A stretch of 64,000 nucleotides of DNA from Octopus vulgaris (lineage: Eukaryota). The notes below the pieces were generated by a model. That model was given only the letters and a program-made list of their open reading frames with translations, made no database searches and had not been told where the DNA came from. Made by a program: the position numbers and the translations under genes. Positions 1 through 12,582 of the stretch are shown piece by piece (within the stretch, counting starts at the first letter, position 1; the number at the start of each line of letters is the position of its first letter). The stretch lies in assembly GCA_951406725.2 (NCBI GenBank), contig OX597839.1:10664001-10728000 (forward strand). Direction: 5' to 3'.

Positions 1-266
1 TGCCCGACCAATGCAACTCTTCCATGCCGGATTGAGTGATGCAGCATAAACATCTGGCTTGGGTTTAACCACATAGGTATTTCGCTTGCCACGTTATCTC
101 ATCTCTGATGAGCGTTAAACGAATACATCTGTTTGTTGTTTACACACCCGTCTTCGTCTTTTTGTTTTTTTTTGTAAATTCTTACTACAGATGATACCAC
201 TAGTTCACGAACTGAACTAGGTGATTATAGCCGTTGACAGTTTTGTTTCTGTTTATTCACTTAGCA

Positions 267-491
267 TCTCTCTATATATAAACGGCAAAATGTCTCTGTA
301 TGTGTGTCCTTTATACAAATCCACAATTTTTCAGTTAGAGGGCTCGCGCTTTCTATGGTCATTCAAAACCGTCCAGGGGTAGTTGTGAAGATATTTTCAT
401 TTCCCAGTTACCCCTGAAAGCCATTTAATTCATGAAAGACCAAATATGCTTGACTAGCACTAGACCCGACAACGTCGGGTCATAGTGCTAG
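267..491 (+). mobile_element. Non-autonomous Helitron (family H1)
   Basis: Starts a|TCTCTCTATATATAAA and ends CTAG|t (AT target, no TSD). Terminal hairpin ctagcactagacccgac-aac-gtcgggtcatagtgctag. 5' part matches the reverse complement of 22070-22174. Confidence 0.75.
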
Positions 492-1380
492 TCTAGTGAT
501 ATTCGCTATTGATTCGATAAGATTCTTTTCCCCAAAACAGATCACATCCAACGGATCTTGGCTTGGGTAGTTACATGCTACTTAACCTATAGCTAGGGTT
601 AGGGATGTTGCGTATGGATGGTACCGCATAAATGCAAAACAGGACGAAACCCAGGTATCAGTGGCGAGGCGGGGCTCGTGGGGTCCGAGCTAAACCCGTC
701 CCCACTCCATCCGTAATGTCTTCCGATCTGTCCCGTCATTCGATTTTTTCCGATTTTATTGTATTTTGTAATTATGTGTTAAATTTTTAAATTCATCCTC
801 TGTGTAAATTCATTCGTAAATCTGACCCCAAATCAGGTTGAATTGTCCCCTCTTTGTTCGTCCCTTGTGGGTAATAAAAAAATCATTAACCTATAGCCAG
901 GCTCCTCCCGGGAGGTGTTACACTCATCAGAACCCTAGGACCCCCGAACCAGGGTCTCACAACAGGAGTTTAAAGTTTGAGTTATACTCTGGACTTTCAA
1001 TTGTAGACTTGAAACATCGCCCTGTCTAACACCACCGCCTGGTCAATGTGTGGCATTTAGCTGAATTCACTCTGTTGGCTCGGTCCCCATTGTAAAGGTA
1101 AGGTATAGCTGTATGGTTAAGAATATACGTTTTGGAACTTCTTGATTCCGAGTTCGATCCTGCTACACAGCATTTTGAGTACCAATGGGTTTTTAGGTTG
1201 GTTTTTTTTTGTTACCAACTTTTTCCAACCACTTTTGAAGCTCCTGAAAAGAGCGATGGCTGTGACCCTTCTGTTTTATCATCGAAAACCAAAAGCAAAA
1301 AATTATTAAATTTGACTCATTTTAACTGTTTAGAGCGTTCTTACAATTGCGTTTGTGTGTGTATGAGTGTATTCTGTTAT

Positions 1381-1572
1381 TTTTTTATTTGCTTCAATCA
1401 TTTGATTGCGGCCATACTGGAGCACCGCCTTTAGTCGAGCAAATCGACCCCAGGACTTATTCTTCGTAAGTCTAGTACTTATTCTACCGGTCTCTCTTGC
1501 CGAACCGCTAAGTGACGGGGACGTAAACAAACCAGCATCGGTTGTCAAGCGATGTTATGGGGACAAACACAG

Positions 1573-1639
<67 letters not shown>

Positions 1640-1735
1640 CATACATATATATGACGTGCTTCTTTCAGTTTCCGTCTACCAAATTCACTCACAAATTCGG
1701 CCCGGGGCTATAGTAGAGGACACTTGCCCAAGGTG
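1381..1735 (-). mobile_element. SINE family A, 5'-truncated copy
   Basis: Reverse complement of the body and tail of 9450-9844; internal (CA)n/(TA)n; tRNA head missing. Confidence 0.85.
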
Positions 1736-2009
1736 TCTTTGAAGAAGACTGTATGAATACCTGTCCGATAGATTGTCTCTGTAACTGAAAGAGCCAATCT
1801 TGTCGTGTGTTGCGTGAAGCAAGACTGGGCCTATGTCACATCTTGTCATCCGCTGATTTTATCCATGGTAGACATGTCCGTGGAATATTTAGCCATTTAA
1901 ACATAAGGTCAATGAGCAGGTAATTCAGTCGCTCAAAAATAAAAAAAAGCACAGTACTCATCGTCGAAACCGGCGAAGATCCATTTGCACATTTACATTA
2001 ATATGTATA

Positions 2010-2356
2010 TATTTCTGTGTGATTGTTGTGTGTTTGTCTATCTTCATGCGTTTGTACGTGTGTTGTTGTGTATGGGTATATGTATGTGTGTGTGTGTGTG
2101 TGTGCGCTTTTGTATGTATATGTTTGTGTGTTTGTGTGTGCGTTTGTTCATGTGTCTGTGTGTGTTTGTGTTTGAATGTGTGTATTTGTCTATGTGCGCA
2201 TATTAGTGTGTGTATGTCTCCATTAGTGTCCGTGCATGTCTGTGTATATTTGTAATTGTGTGTGTCTATGTGTGTGTCTATACACCAGTGTGTTAGTAGT
2301 ACGTGTATGCGTACATGTATGAGCTTGTGTGCGTTTGTCTGCACGCGCATGTGTGT

Positions 2357-2410
<54 letters not shown>
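2010..2410. repeat. Degenerate (TG)n microsatellite
   Basis: Seen directly. Confidence 0.9.
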
Positions 2411-2411
<1 letters not shown>

Positions 2412-2849
2412 TATTCGCTGTTCGATTTTTCCATCTCCTCTCAATCAACATTGATTTAATATTGGCCTTAGTCTTACAATATCGATGTTTCTCTTCATCT
2501 TTCTCTCATTTTATGCACACCACTACCACTACCACCACCACCACCACCACCATCATCACCACCACCACCACCACCACTACCACCATCACCCTCCATCTCA
2601 ATAACGTTGTTGACGGATTAGCACAGTGGTTTAAAACGTTGGATAACGTGCAGTGCCTTGTTTAGTTACCAACCCTTTATATCCTGAGTTCGAATTCCGC
2701 AGAACCCTACTCATCTTTTTCGTTCCTTCCGGGGTCGATGAAATAAGTTGCTAAACACTAAGGTCTACTCTCTCTTTCTCTCTCTCTCTCTCTCTCGCTC
2801 ATCTACACACGCGCACATACAAACGCACACATGCATGCACACACACACA

Positions 2850-2889
<40 letters not shown>

Positions 2890-3274
2890 TGTCATATTTG
2901 AACTAAGGTTCTGCATGTTTGTCTCTTCCGTTTCGTCTCCCTTTTCCCCTCTCAACCGCTCTCCACATAACACCTTGCTAGAAACAGTAGCCGAACCTCC
3001 CTCAAATCACTCCTTACCATCTGAAACAACACACAGGACATGATGTAGTTTTTGGTACTCCAAAAAAGATAAAACGGTCACTTCTTCTTCTTCTTCTACT
3101 TCTTCTCCTCTTCTTCCTCCACCTCCTTCGCATTCTCTTTTCCTCTTACTCTACTCCTACTCCCCCTCTTCTCTTTTGCCTTTTCTTTTCCTTCCTCACA
3201 TCTTCCTCCTCACCTCCTCCTTCTCTTTGTTGTTACCACCACTACTGCTGCTGTTGTTATTCTACTACTACTAC

Positions 3275-3310
<36 letters not shown>

Positions 3311-3859
3311 AAATACTACGACCACTACTACTATTTCTACCACCACTAACACCATCATCATCACCATCATCATCAGCATCATCATCACCATCATCGTTGC
3401 CACCATTTTCATCGCCATCATAAATGTATAAAACTTGCAATAACAACAAGAAGAAACTATGGACAATAACGAGAGAGCAACGACAACAACAATAACATCA
3501 GCTACAAGAAACATACAACAGTAACAAGAACAAGAACCACAACAACAACAACAACAACGAACAAATCATGAAGTAATCAAAGCTATTTCTTAAAGATAAT
3601 CAAGTGTAACTTAGACAGAAAATCGATATGTTTCGTTTGTCGATAATCTTGCCTCGGTTTGAAAACTGTCGGTTTCCATCTTGAATGACTATCATTAACA
3701 ATCAACATGGCGTCGGTAGAAGGCTCTACGTGGTCATTCAATCTGCAAGAAAGAGCAGTTTAATGCCTTTTGCAAATGATAGCATGCAGTTCAATGTCAA
3801 CGGCAACAGAACGGTGCTGTGCATTTGGTAATGTGCATCACGATGCACAATAACTCTGC

Positions 3860-3891
3860 GTGTGTGTGAGATAGATAGATGGATGGATGGT

Positions 3892-3946
<55 letters not shown>

Positions 3947-4169
3947 GTAAGTGTGTGTGTATGTGTATGCATATCCATACATAGTTTCATACATACGCAC
4001 GGATGTGTGCACGTGCACACATATATAGAGAGACAGACTGACAGACAGACATATAGAAAGATAGATAAACAGACAGATCGGTTGATAAATGCATAGATGC
4101 ATGCATGCACACACAGGTAGATAGATTGATTGATAGAACGATAGATGGATAGATAGGTAGGTAGATAGG

Positions 4170-4233
<64 letters not shown>

Positions 4234-4304
4234 GGTAGGTAGGTAGGTAGGTAGGTAGATAGATAGATAAGTATATGTATGTGTAGTTATATATATATAT
4301 ATAA

Positions 4305-4361
<57 letters not shown>

Positions 4362-4374
4362 GTATACACATATG

Positions 4375-4407
<33 letters not shown>

Positions 4408-4416
4408 GTGTGTGTA
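3860..4416. repeat. (GATA)n/(GACA)n/(TA)n compound microsatellite
   Basis: Seen directly. Confidence 0.95.
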
Positions 4417-4667
4417 TCAAAGAAAGAAAGCGACGGGATAGTCATGATTTGAGTGTCTTTGATCCTATGTCTGCACCACCATGGCCTACTTGGAGCTAAA
4501 CAACAACAACAGCAGCAGCAACAACAGCAGCAACAGTAACAACAACGGCGGCAGCAGCAGCAGCAGCAGTTTGTCATCCATGTTTTGTTTCTTTGATGAA
4601 CATGTTGTAACAGCCAGTCTCTGATATAACACTACCGACATCTTCATTTGCGAGGAACGACCGGCAG

Positions 4668-4900
4668 TTGTTGTTGTTGTAGTGGTGATGGTGGTGGTTG
4701 TTGCTATTGTTGTAGTGGTGGTGGTTGTTGTTGTTGTAGTGGTGATGGTGGTGGTTGTTGCTGTTGTAGTGGTGATGGTGGTGGTTGTTGCTGTTGTTGT
4801 AGTAGTGGTGGTTGTTGCTATTGTTGTAGTGGTGGTGGTGGTGGTGGCGGTGGTTTTTGCTGTTGTTGTAGTGGTGGTGGTTGCTGTTGCTGTTCTTGTA
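4668..4900. repeat. (GTT/GGT) triplet-derived minisatellite, about 27-30 bp period
   Basis: Recurrent tgttgtagtggtgatggtggtggttgt units. Confidence 0.85.
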
Positions 4901-5171
4901 GATTCAATTATTTTTCTTGCTATTGTTGTCGATACTGTTCAACCCTAAGTCAGCTCCTATCCGGCAGACTATTCACCACAGATTTCCCAGCCATGCCCAT
5001 CCCGTCTGTTTGTTTTTTATACATAGAAAATTAACGAGATAATCCAGCATATAAAGTCGACATATAAAGTCGGATTTGTGAGGGAGAATTGACTGTTATT
5101 TCAAGCAGCCCACGCTATAAGTGAAGACGCTTCGTTATTGGCTCTTTGCTGACAATTTAAGTCGGCTCCAA

Positions 5172-5594
5172 GGAACTTTTCGATTTGAACGGCAGTTTTT
5201 TCTAGCGGTGTCATATGAAATTGTCACCCATAATTATGACCCTAGTATCGATCTATTGCATTTCAATCTGTTTTAGGGTTAAGGTTAGGGTTAGGGGTGG
5301 GGGAAGGGTATCTTTTTTTTCTTCACAAATGTAAATAAACCCAATCTGTTTCTTAAACGAGGGACATATTCATACGGCACAGAATGTTTTCACCTCAATA
5401 GACGGCCATTGATTGGTTGAAATTGCCGAAATGCAAGAAATTAAAGACCAAATATCTTACAAACCATAGAATTTTCTCAATAAAGCCAAGAGAAAAAGAT
5501 GTTTTATAAACACATTCTACCAGTATACGAAGTTTAAAATTTTTTAGTTACCTAGAAATTATGTTAAATACTGCCGTTCAAACCGAAAAGATCC
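5172..5594 (+). mobile_element. GGATCT-terminal MITE with internal TTAGGG repeats (family M1)
   Basis: TIR consensus GGATCTTTTCGGTTTGAACGGCAG, 2 mismatches at the left end. Flanking GCTCCAA duplicated. Near-identical to 5924-6336, 13301-13731 and 22754-23174 in the opposite orientation. Confidence 0.9.
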
Positions 5595-5923
5595 GCTCCA
5601 AGCCTTCCCCCTCCCCACCACCTGCGTGGAAATATGACTTAAAATAATAACACTACTACCCCACACCCCTCGCCCCATCCCACATGCACTTGGGGTATTA
5701 AGCGAGTACAGTGGTTTGAAACACTTTGGCTCTTTCCATTTGATAGTTTTCAGGGAACTCACTGGGTGCTCTTGGGCTTTTTCGGCCATCTCAAATCTCT
5801 ATTGTTCCATATGCCCGGCCCCTCGCTATATATTTTATATCTTTCCATATAGGGGCCAGGCATTTTTCTATTTCGCACTTTTCGAAGTACTTAAATTCTT
5901 TCGATGAAGGACAGTACGTTTTT

Positions 5924-6336
5924 GGATCTTTTCGGTTTCAACGGCGGTTTTTAACATAATTTCCAGGTAACTAAAACATTTTAAACTTTGTATACTGGTA
6001 GAATGTGTTTATAAAACATCTTTTTCTCTTGGCTTTCTTGAGAAAATTCTGTATTTTGTAACATATTTGTTGTTTTTTTCTTTAATTTCTGCAATTTCAA
6101 CCAATCAATTACGTCTATTGAGGTAAAAAAAAACATTCTGTGCCGTATGAATATGTCCCTCTTTTAAGAAACAGATTGGGTTTATTTACATTTGTGAAGA
6201 AAAAAAGATACCCTTTCCCCCACCCCTAACCCTAAAACAGATTGAAATGCAATAGATCGATACTAGGGTCATAATTATGGGTGACAATTTCATATGACAC
6301 CGCTAGAAAAAACTGCCGTTCAAACCGAAAAGATCC
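5924..6336 (-). mobile_element. MITE family M1
   Basis: Same TIRs; flanks ACGTTTTT / ACGTTTTG (8-bp TSD, 1 mismatch). Confidence 0.9.
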
Positions 6337-6592
6337 ACGTTTTGTAAACCACTGTCCTTCTCTTCATATTTTCAACAGAAGGGGAGGGTGAGATCTTTAT
6401 ATCCCCACCCTCCTCTTTCATTCTCTCAAAAAGCTCGCAGAGCTTCTCCGTTTCTATTACTACATTTTTACACGAAACAGCGGCTACAGCCGCGAACTTT
6501 TTTGCTGGATCATGCAGCTGGTTAGTTTCTTGAATTATTTCGACCGACATATTCGTTCGAAATAAATTTATACACAATTTAATTCCAGAAAT

Positions 6593-6985
6593 GGGAAACC
6601 TATAATTTTTGACTTTTTTATTCCTCTCAACGAGGACAACAGTTCAAATCCCACCCCCGCTCTGTGGCGAGACGTAGCAACAAAGCCTACAACGTTCGAA
6701 ATTAAATTTTTCACACAGTAATAAAAATGCAGTATCCCCTAAACGGGAAACCTATAATATTTTTTTTCCTCACAGCGAGGACAACAGTTCAAATCTCACC
6801 CCTGCTAGGGACGAGTGCCACAACAGAGCCTACAACGGCTAGCATTTAAATTTTTCACGCAATAATAAATTGATTATCCTAAAAAAAACGGGAAACCTAT
6901 AATATTTTTTTCCTCTTAATGAGGATAACAGTTCAAATCCCACCCCCGGAGGGGCGGGCACAACCACAAAGCCTACAACGGCTTT
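6593..6985 (+). repeat. Tandem array of about 2.7 units of about 150 bp
   Basis: Units start GGGAAACCTATAAT at 6593, 6745 and 6890; each has GAGGAYAACAGTTCAAATCYCACCCC and AGCCTACAACG. Confidence 0.85.
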
Positions 6986-7164
6986 AACAAGTTCAATATT
7001 TCAACAATTCACAACTGCCAAAATGGTTTTACACAAACAATTACTTTCTCCCGTCAACGGGAAAAAGCACAAAAGTTTTCAAAGTTTAAAAGTTCGACAA
7101 TGTTCAACAGTTCGAAAATATTCAACAATAAACATTCAACAATTCCAACAGAAAAATTATCCAT

Positions 7165-7387
7165 AACAAGGACAGACAAACGGATTAAGCCGATTATATC
7201 GACCCCAGTGCGCAACTGGTACTTAATTTATCGACCCCGAAAGGATGAAAGGCAAAGTCGACCTCGGCGGAATTTGAACTCAGAGCGTAACGGCAGACGA
7301 AATACGGCTACGCATTTTGCCCGGCGTGCTAACGTTTCTGCCAGCTCGCTAAGCATTTCGCCCGCTGTGCTAACGTTTCTGCCAGCG
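7165..7387 (-). mobile_element. SINE family B
   Basis: Reverse complement of 33896-34130. B box GAGTTCAAATTC; core GTCGACTTTGCCTTTCATCCTTTCGGGGTCGATAAA; local duplication of the head. Confidence 0.9.
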
Positions 7388-7528
7388 TCACGCTGAATCT
7401 CCCCGTGAACAACGTTAAGGGTACACGTGTCTGCGGAGTACTCAGTCACTTGCGCGTTAATTTCACGAATAGGCTGTTCCGTTGATCGTATCAACTGGGA
7501 CCCTCATCGTCGTAACCGACGGAGTGCC
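7386..7528 (+). mobile_element. 3' part of SINE family E
   Basis: Matches the reverse complement of 24745-24888. Confidence 0.65.
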
Positions 7529-8449
7529 GGTTATGTAATTGGAAACCTGCATCGAGACATGTTTCCAGTTTTTACCATAGGTCGGTCGCTCGAGGCCTTC
7601 TTCAGATCGTCTTCAGAAGACAAACTAAACTGCTGCCTTCTGATTTAGAGCATCAAAGATATGTCGACTTTGTCTTTGTCAGATGTTGGATTCTTCTAAC
7701 AACGAGACAGATTTGTTTGTGACGCACCTCGACCGTAAGTTGTTTTTCTGACTGAGCTTTGTTTATGTCTAAAAATTTCTTTATTTTACGTGATATTTGT
7801 AAAGGTGTGTGAAGAAAGCTACGTGTTGTCGTTGTTGTTGTTGAGTGAATTGTCAAAATCGCTCTCATTTGTGTTAGAAACATCAGATACATCATTAATT
7901 TTTTTTCTTCCTGAATCTTAATACTTTCTTTTAGACAATTATTGTTCATGTTTTTGTTCGTATTTTTCTCTCTTTTCTTTGCAAATGTTTGTTGTTCATG
8001 GGTGGGGTGCGTGTCTGGCCGACATTTTATCATGAATGTCAGCTAGTAAAGAATAAATCTTCAAAATGTCTTTTTTTTTCTCGTCTAAATACAGTATGAA
8101 AAAAAAAACTGAGAAGAAACTTCTCACCTCTCTCTGAATTAATTCCATCGAATTGGTTTAGAAAAAAATCACTCAGTTTTGAAGATAAAATTTCAAACCG
8201 TAATGCAGAACGACAGCCTTGAGAAAAGTGTCTTGTCAAGGCAAAATCCGATAGCAATGATAACCCTATCTGTTCAATAGGTACAGGGATTGAAATTTGG
8301 AGAGAAGGAGCTAGACAATCACATTGACCCCTCAGCTCAATTGGTTCTTATTTTTTCGACCCCAGAAGGCTGAAAAGCAAAGTCGACCTCGACGGAATAT
8401 GAACTCAGAACGTAAACAGTTGGAAAATAATGATAATAATAATAATAAT

Positions 8450-8898
8450 GGGCTACAGCAAATATTCTGCTCGATACCACAGATTTGCTTGTCAGTTGTT
8501 TTACCTTAATCAGTTGACCATGTTCCTTAGTGGCTGACAATATGTTCATGGGTAGAAATAGTGGAGGGAGCATCATAGTCATGTGTTGAGAGGGATTCTT
8601 GGGGGTTTGAATAATTCACCTCTGGAAACATGGGTGTTTTGTTCAACATCCTTAAACAACCGTTATTCAGGGACCTTTTGAGCGGGATGGGTTACTCGAC
8701 CAGAAGAAAATTCTAACTGGCCCCACCTTCAAGGTCATGTGCTGTTTATCTTGATATGAGATCACCATATTGCGCACATATGGTTGTGATGCATGTGCCT
8801 GGTGTACTCTTATTAGACAAGTAGTCATGATGGGTATACTGGGGTTCGTATATTTTACCCCTGTGTCTCTTTGATGGCATTCACTGCTCTCTCACTCA
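8450..8898. repeat. Unclassified interspersed repeat bounded on both sides by (AAT)n
   Basis: Complex 450-bp block between (AAT)n runs. Single copy here, so repeat status rests on recall; possibly derived from a TAA-targeting R4/Dong-type LINE (inference). Confidence 0.35.
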
Positions 8899-9217
8899 AT
8901 AATATTATTATCAATAATAATAATAATAATAATATCAAGAGCACTCAGGGAGCGCAAACCGCCGCCAAGGCAACACCAACGTCCTCTCAATGATTAGCCA
9001 GAGATGATTTTTAAAATGAGAATATCTGAAATAGACTAAAATGAACCCGACTGCTCTCAAAAATTAAGTAACAAAAAAGCTGAAAATAATCCAGAATCCT
9101 TGTCCAGTACCTGATGGATCCCAAAGGTAGTCATGGAATGTGAAGGTGGGTGTGAGGGGTGTGTTTGTAATGCTATGTGTGTGTCGTCTGCAGTGGGAAC
9201 AGGGACAGCGGGAACAG

Positions 9218-9340
9218 GACCGTTTTTAGTCTATCCACTGATATAGTGTCTTTACAAACATTAAGGTCTATAGTGAAAAATTTATCCATGCATGAAAGAA
9301 AACGGAAAGGACCTGCATACGGTGCTGTTAATGGAAGTTT
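9218..9340 (-). pseudogene. Ty3/Gypsy integrase C-terminal (GPY/F module) fragment
   Basis: Translation KLPLTAPYAGPFRFLSCMDKFFTIDLNVCKDTISVDRLKTV fits the PL.PPY.GPF.V..R.DK.F.I..NG..DTVSIDRLKP pattern. Confidence 0.8.
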
Positions 9341-9380
9341 AACAACATACATACATATATATACATACAAGCATGCATAC

Positions 9381-9442
<62 letters not shown>

Positions 9443-9449
9443 ATATATA

Positions 9450-9843
9450 GGCGCAGGAGTGGCTGTGTGGTAAGTAGCTTGCTAACAAACCACATGGTTC
9501 CGGGTTCAGTCCCACTGCGTGGCATCTTGGGCAAGTGTCTTCTGCTATAGCCCCGAGCCGACCAATGCCTTGTGAGTGGATTTGGTAGGTGGAAACTGAA
9601 AGAAGCCTGTCGTATATATGTGTATATATATATATGTATGTGTGTGTGTGTTTGTCCCCCTAGCATTGCTTGACAACCGATGCTGGTGTGTTTACGTCCC
9701 CGTCACTTAGAATTCGGCAAAAGAGACCGATAGAGTAAGTACTGGGCTTACAAAGAATATGTCCCGGGGTCGATTTGCTCGACTAAAGGCGGTGCTCCAG
9801 CATGGCCGCAGTCAAATGACTGAAACAAATAAAAGAATAAAGA

Positions 9844-9844
<1 letters not shown>
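9450..9844 (+). mobile_element. SINE family A, full length (tRNA head, CORE-like CTTGGGCAAG segment, internal microsatellite, LINE-type tail)
   Basis: A-box-like TGGCTGTGTGG and B-box-like GGTTCAGTCCC. Tail GGCGGTGCTCCAGCATGGCCGCAGTCAAATGACTGAAAC followed by (TAAAAGA)n. More than 10 copies in the window. Confidence 0.92.
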
Positions 9845-9875
<31 letters not shown>

Positions 9876-9894
9876 ATGTATGTATGTATGTATG

Positions 9895-9929
<35 letters not shown>

Positions 9930-9975
9930 GTGTGTGTATATATAATAATTATATATATACAAATGGATATATGTT

Positions 9976-10009
<34 letters not shown>

Positions 10010-10321
10010 GATAAATAGATAGACAGACAGAGAGCGGGGAGGAAGAGATAGGGACAAGTAAATAGATATACAAATAGATTGACGGATATGCATATGTATG
10101 TAATTATATAATTTATATATACATAAAAGTATATATATATATATATATATATATTTCTGTGTGTATGCATGGATATGTATATACATAAATATATAAACAC
10201 ACACACTCCACATTTGCATGCACACACATACATCCAAACAAATACCACACACACATAACCTGTCAGTACAGATTAACAGTGATCTATTTACACCAACACT
10301 TGCAAGTAATTTATGTTGCCA

Positions 10322-10338
10322 GCCTCCAGGGGGCGCTG
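10322..10338 (+). promoter_or_regulatory. CTCF-like motif
   Basis: GCCTCCAGGGGGCGCTG versus consensus GCCACCAGRGGGCGCTA; lies in an island of unique sequence. Confidence 0.45.
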
Positions 10339-10679
10339 CAGAAAGCCTATTATCTTGTAACGTTCCACTCAATCCATTTCTGTGTATTCTTTCAACACGA
10401 AAGTCTTCCATCTCTGTCCGTCTGTGTTTTGGCATTTCTCACTTTTTATTTCTCTCTCTCTTCCCTTCTCGTTCTTCATTTCTCTCTCTCTCTCTCTCTT
10501 ACTTTCCTTCTTTCTCTCCCTCCCCCCTCTCTCTCTTTCTCTTTGGTCGTCTTGTTCTCATATGTATGCACAACCGCACACGTACGTATATCTATGCTTA
10601 TGTTGATGCATTTGTGTCTATCATTGACAATATGTGTATGCTGGAGCAACCGTGTACGTATGAGTGTACATGTATACAT

Positions 10680-10722
10680 GTGTGATGGTGTGCATGTATG
10701 TATGTATGCACGTATCTATCTA

Positions 10723-10779
<57 letters not shown>

Positions 10780-10793
10780 TATGTATATGTATA

Positions 10794-10827
<34 letters not shown>

Positions 10828-10949
10828 TATATATATATATGTATATATATGTATATATATATATATGTATATGTGTATACGTGTATGTGTATATGTATAT
10901 GTGTATATATGTATATGTGTATATATGTATGTATATATGTATATGTGTA

Positions 10950-10994
<45 letters not shown>
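10680..10994. repeat. (TA)n/(TG)n compound microsatellite
   Basis: Seen directly. Confidence 0.95.
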
Positions 10995-10997
<3 letters not shown>

Positions 10998-11261
10998 AAC
11001 AGAGCTGGATTTACGTAAATTGACTTTGTAGATTTTTATCCCTTGATATCGAGATTCTTGCTTGATAAGGCGATTGAGTTTGCGAAAACGTATGTTGATA
11101 TACAGCAAATAGTCCTGGACTTTATCATGAATGCGAGAGAAACTTTTCTATTTAGTAAGGGCTCAACATGGGTTAAAAAATCAGATACAGATGAGTTGTT
11201 TGATGTAACGATGGGATCACATGACAATGCAGACATCTGCAGTCTTGTGAGTTTATATATT
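10995..11261 (+). pseudogene. Penelope-like element reverse transcriptase fragment
   Basis: [29 protein letters not shown]...NARETFLF...WVKK...LFDVTMGSHDNADICSLVSLYI matches the PLE RT pattern D(I/V)..FYPSI...FDVTMGSYDGAE.CELVGLY. In-frame stop; embedded in (TA)n. Confidence 0.8.
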
Positions 11262-11262
11262 G

Positions 11263-11311
<49 letters not shown>

Positions 11312-11405
11312 CATGTATGTGTGTGTGTGTGTGTATGCATGTATGCATGTATGTATGTATGTATGTATGTATGTATGTATGTGTGTATGTATGTATGTAT
11401 GTATA

Positions 11406-11605
11406 GTGGAGGCGCGTAGCTTAGTGGTTAGGGTGTCAGCATCATGATCGTAAGATTGTGGTTTCGATTCCTGGACCGGGCGACGCGTTGTGTTCTGGAG
11501 CAAAATACTTCATTTCACGTTGCTCCAGTCCACTCAGCTGGCAAAAATGAGTAACGCTGCGATGGACTTGGTGTCCCGTCCATCTAGGGAACTCATACGC
11601 CTGGC
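11406..11605 (+). mobile_element. tRNA-headed CORE-like SINE (family D)
   Basis: Head GGAGGCGCGTAGCTTAGTGGTTAG...GGTTTCGATTCC; core TGTGTTCTGGAGCAAAATACTT; tail CTGCGATGGACT..GTCCCGTCCA shared with family C2. Confidence 0.8.
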
Positions 11606-11727
11606 TAGGCTTTAAAAGGGCGCATTTTACACACATATATATATATACATACATACACGCACACATTTATGCATATATACATACACACATACATATATAT
11701 GTGCATGTGTGTGTGTGTGTGTGTATA

Positions 11728-11847
11728 AACCATGCCAAAACAGACAGAGAAGCATGGCGCAGACTCCTGCCTGGCCAGTTCCTGTCAAACCGTCCAACCC
11801 ATGCCAGCATGGAGGGAGGACGTTAAGCTATGATAATGATGATGATG
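11728..11847 (+). mobile_element. 3' end of RTE-related short element
   Basis: CCGTCCAACCCATGCCAGCATGG...GGACGTTAA followed by (GAT)n; same tail as 54840-54900 on the minus strand. Confidence 0.65.
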
Positions 11848-12199
11848 GTATATATATATGCACGCTTTGAATACATATATGGATTGAAGTTACTAGGATT
11901 AGAAACTTAAGATAGGTTTACTGCCTCATTTCAATGGATTTGGACTGAGCAATAAGGGCATCGATCATACCAACACCAATAACAACATCAATAACATTTA
12001 AAAAAAACTGAGGAGACATTTTCTCTGGAAACAAGACCTTTTTCTTTAAATAAAAACAGAAATGTCCTATTTTGTTCTGTGTAAGTAGAAATATTACTTT
12101 CAGAAAATATTAACCGTATATGCCCTTATCAAAAGAACACAAATGGCATAAGACACACAGACGGTTGCGTTCTTTGTCTTGGACATGGTTATATTAATA

Positions 12200-12582
12200 C
12201 TAGCAGTATCGCCCGGCGTTGCTCGGGTTTGTTTCGACCCTTTAGAATTGGAATTTTTGAAAAGTAAAAATTTTCCATTATGTAGCTTGTTATTCTCTTT
12301 AAGTGAACATTTTCCTGGTTGAAATACACCGAAAAATGACGACACAGCAGTCAAAAAATCGTAAAAAATAGGGATTTTCATAGAAAAAAGCACCTTTTTG
12401 ATGTAAATAATTTTTGGTATTAACATGGTCCGATTTGAATTTTTTCTTCTACGGAATGAAAGAGCAAGCCTTCTTTTATCATACTCTCAACTTTGGTCAA
12501 CTTGCGTCGCAGGGTCTCGGAGGAGATAGTGTTAGTTGAAGGCTACCATACACAGACAACTTCAGCTTTATATATAGAGAGA
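12200..12582 (-). mobile_element. Non-autonomous Helitron (H2 3' end, distinct body)
   Basis: Minus strand begins TCTCTCTATATATAAAG and ends CCCGAGCAACGCCGGGCGATACTGCTAG|t. Confidence 0.8.

Noticed and set aside
104-130. Hammerhead motif CTGATGAGCG
   Set aside because: No GAAA after a stem II; it overlaps the downstream GAGCGTTAAAC.AATAC block of a P2 fragment.
553-660. Another GGATCT-starting element with TAGGGTTAGGG
   Set aside because: No matching right TIR or TSD found.
4648-5034. Cys/Gly-rich ORF resembling a keratin-associated protein or metallothionein
   Set aside because: Arises from a GTT/GGT triplet minisatellite; starts at TTG, with no supporting gene structure.
5172-6336. Single composite transposon carrying the 330-bp spacer
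   Set aside because: Each MITE has its own distinct TSD, so they are independent insertions.
6593-6985. CRISPR-like repeat/spacer array
   Set aside because: Eukaryotic context, 150-bp diverged units, mutually homologous 'spacers' and no cas genes.
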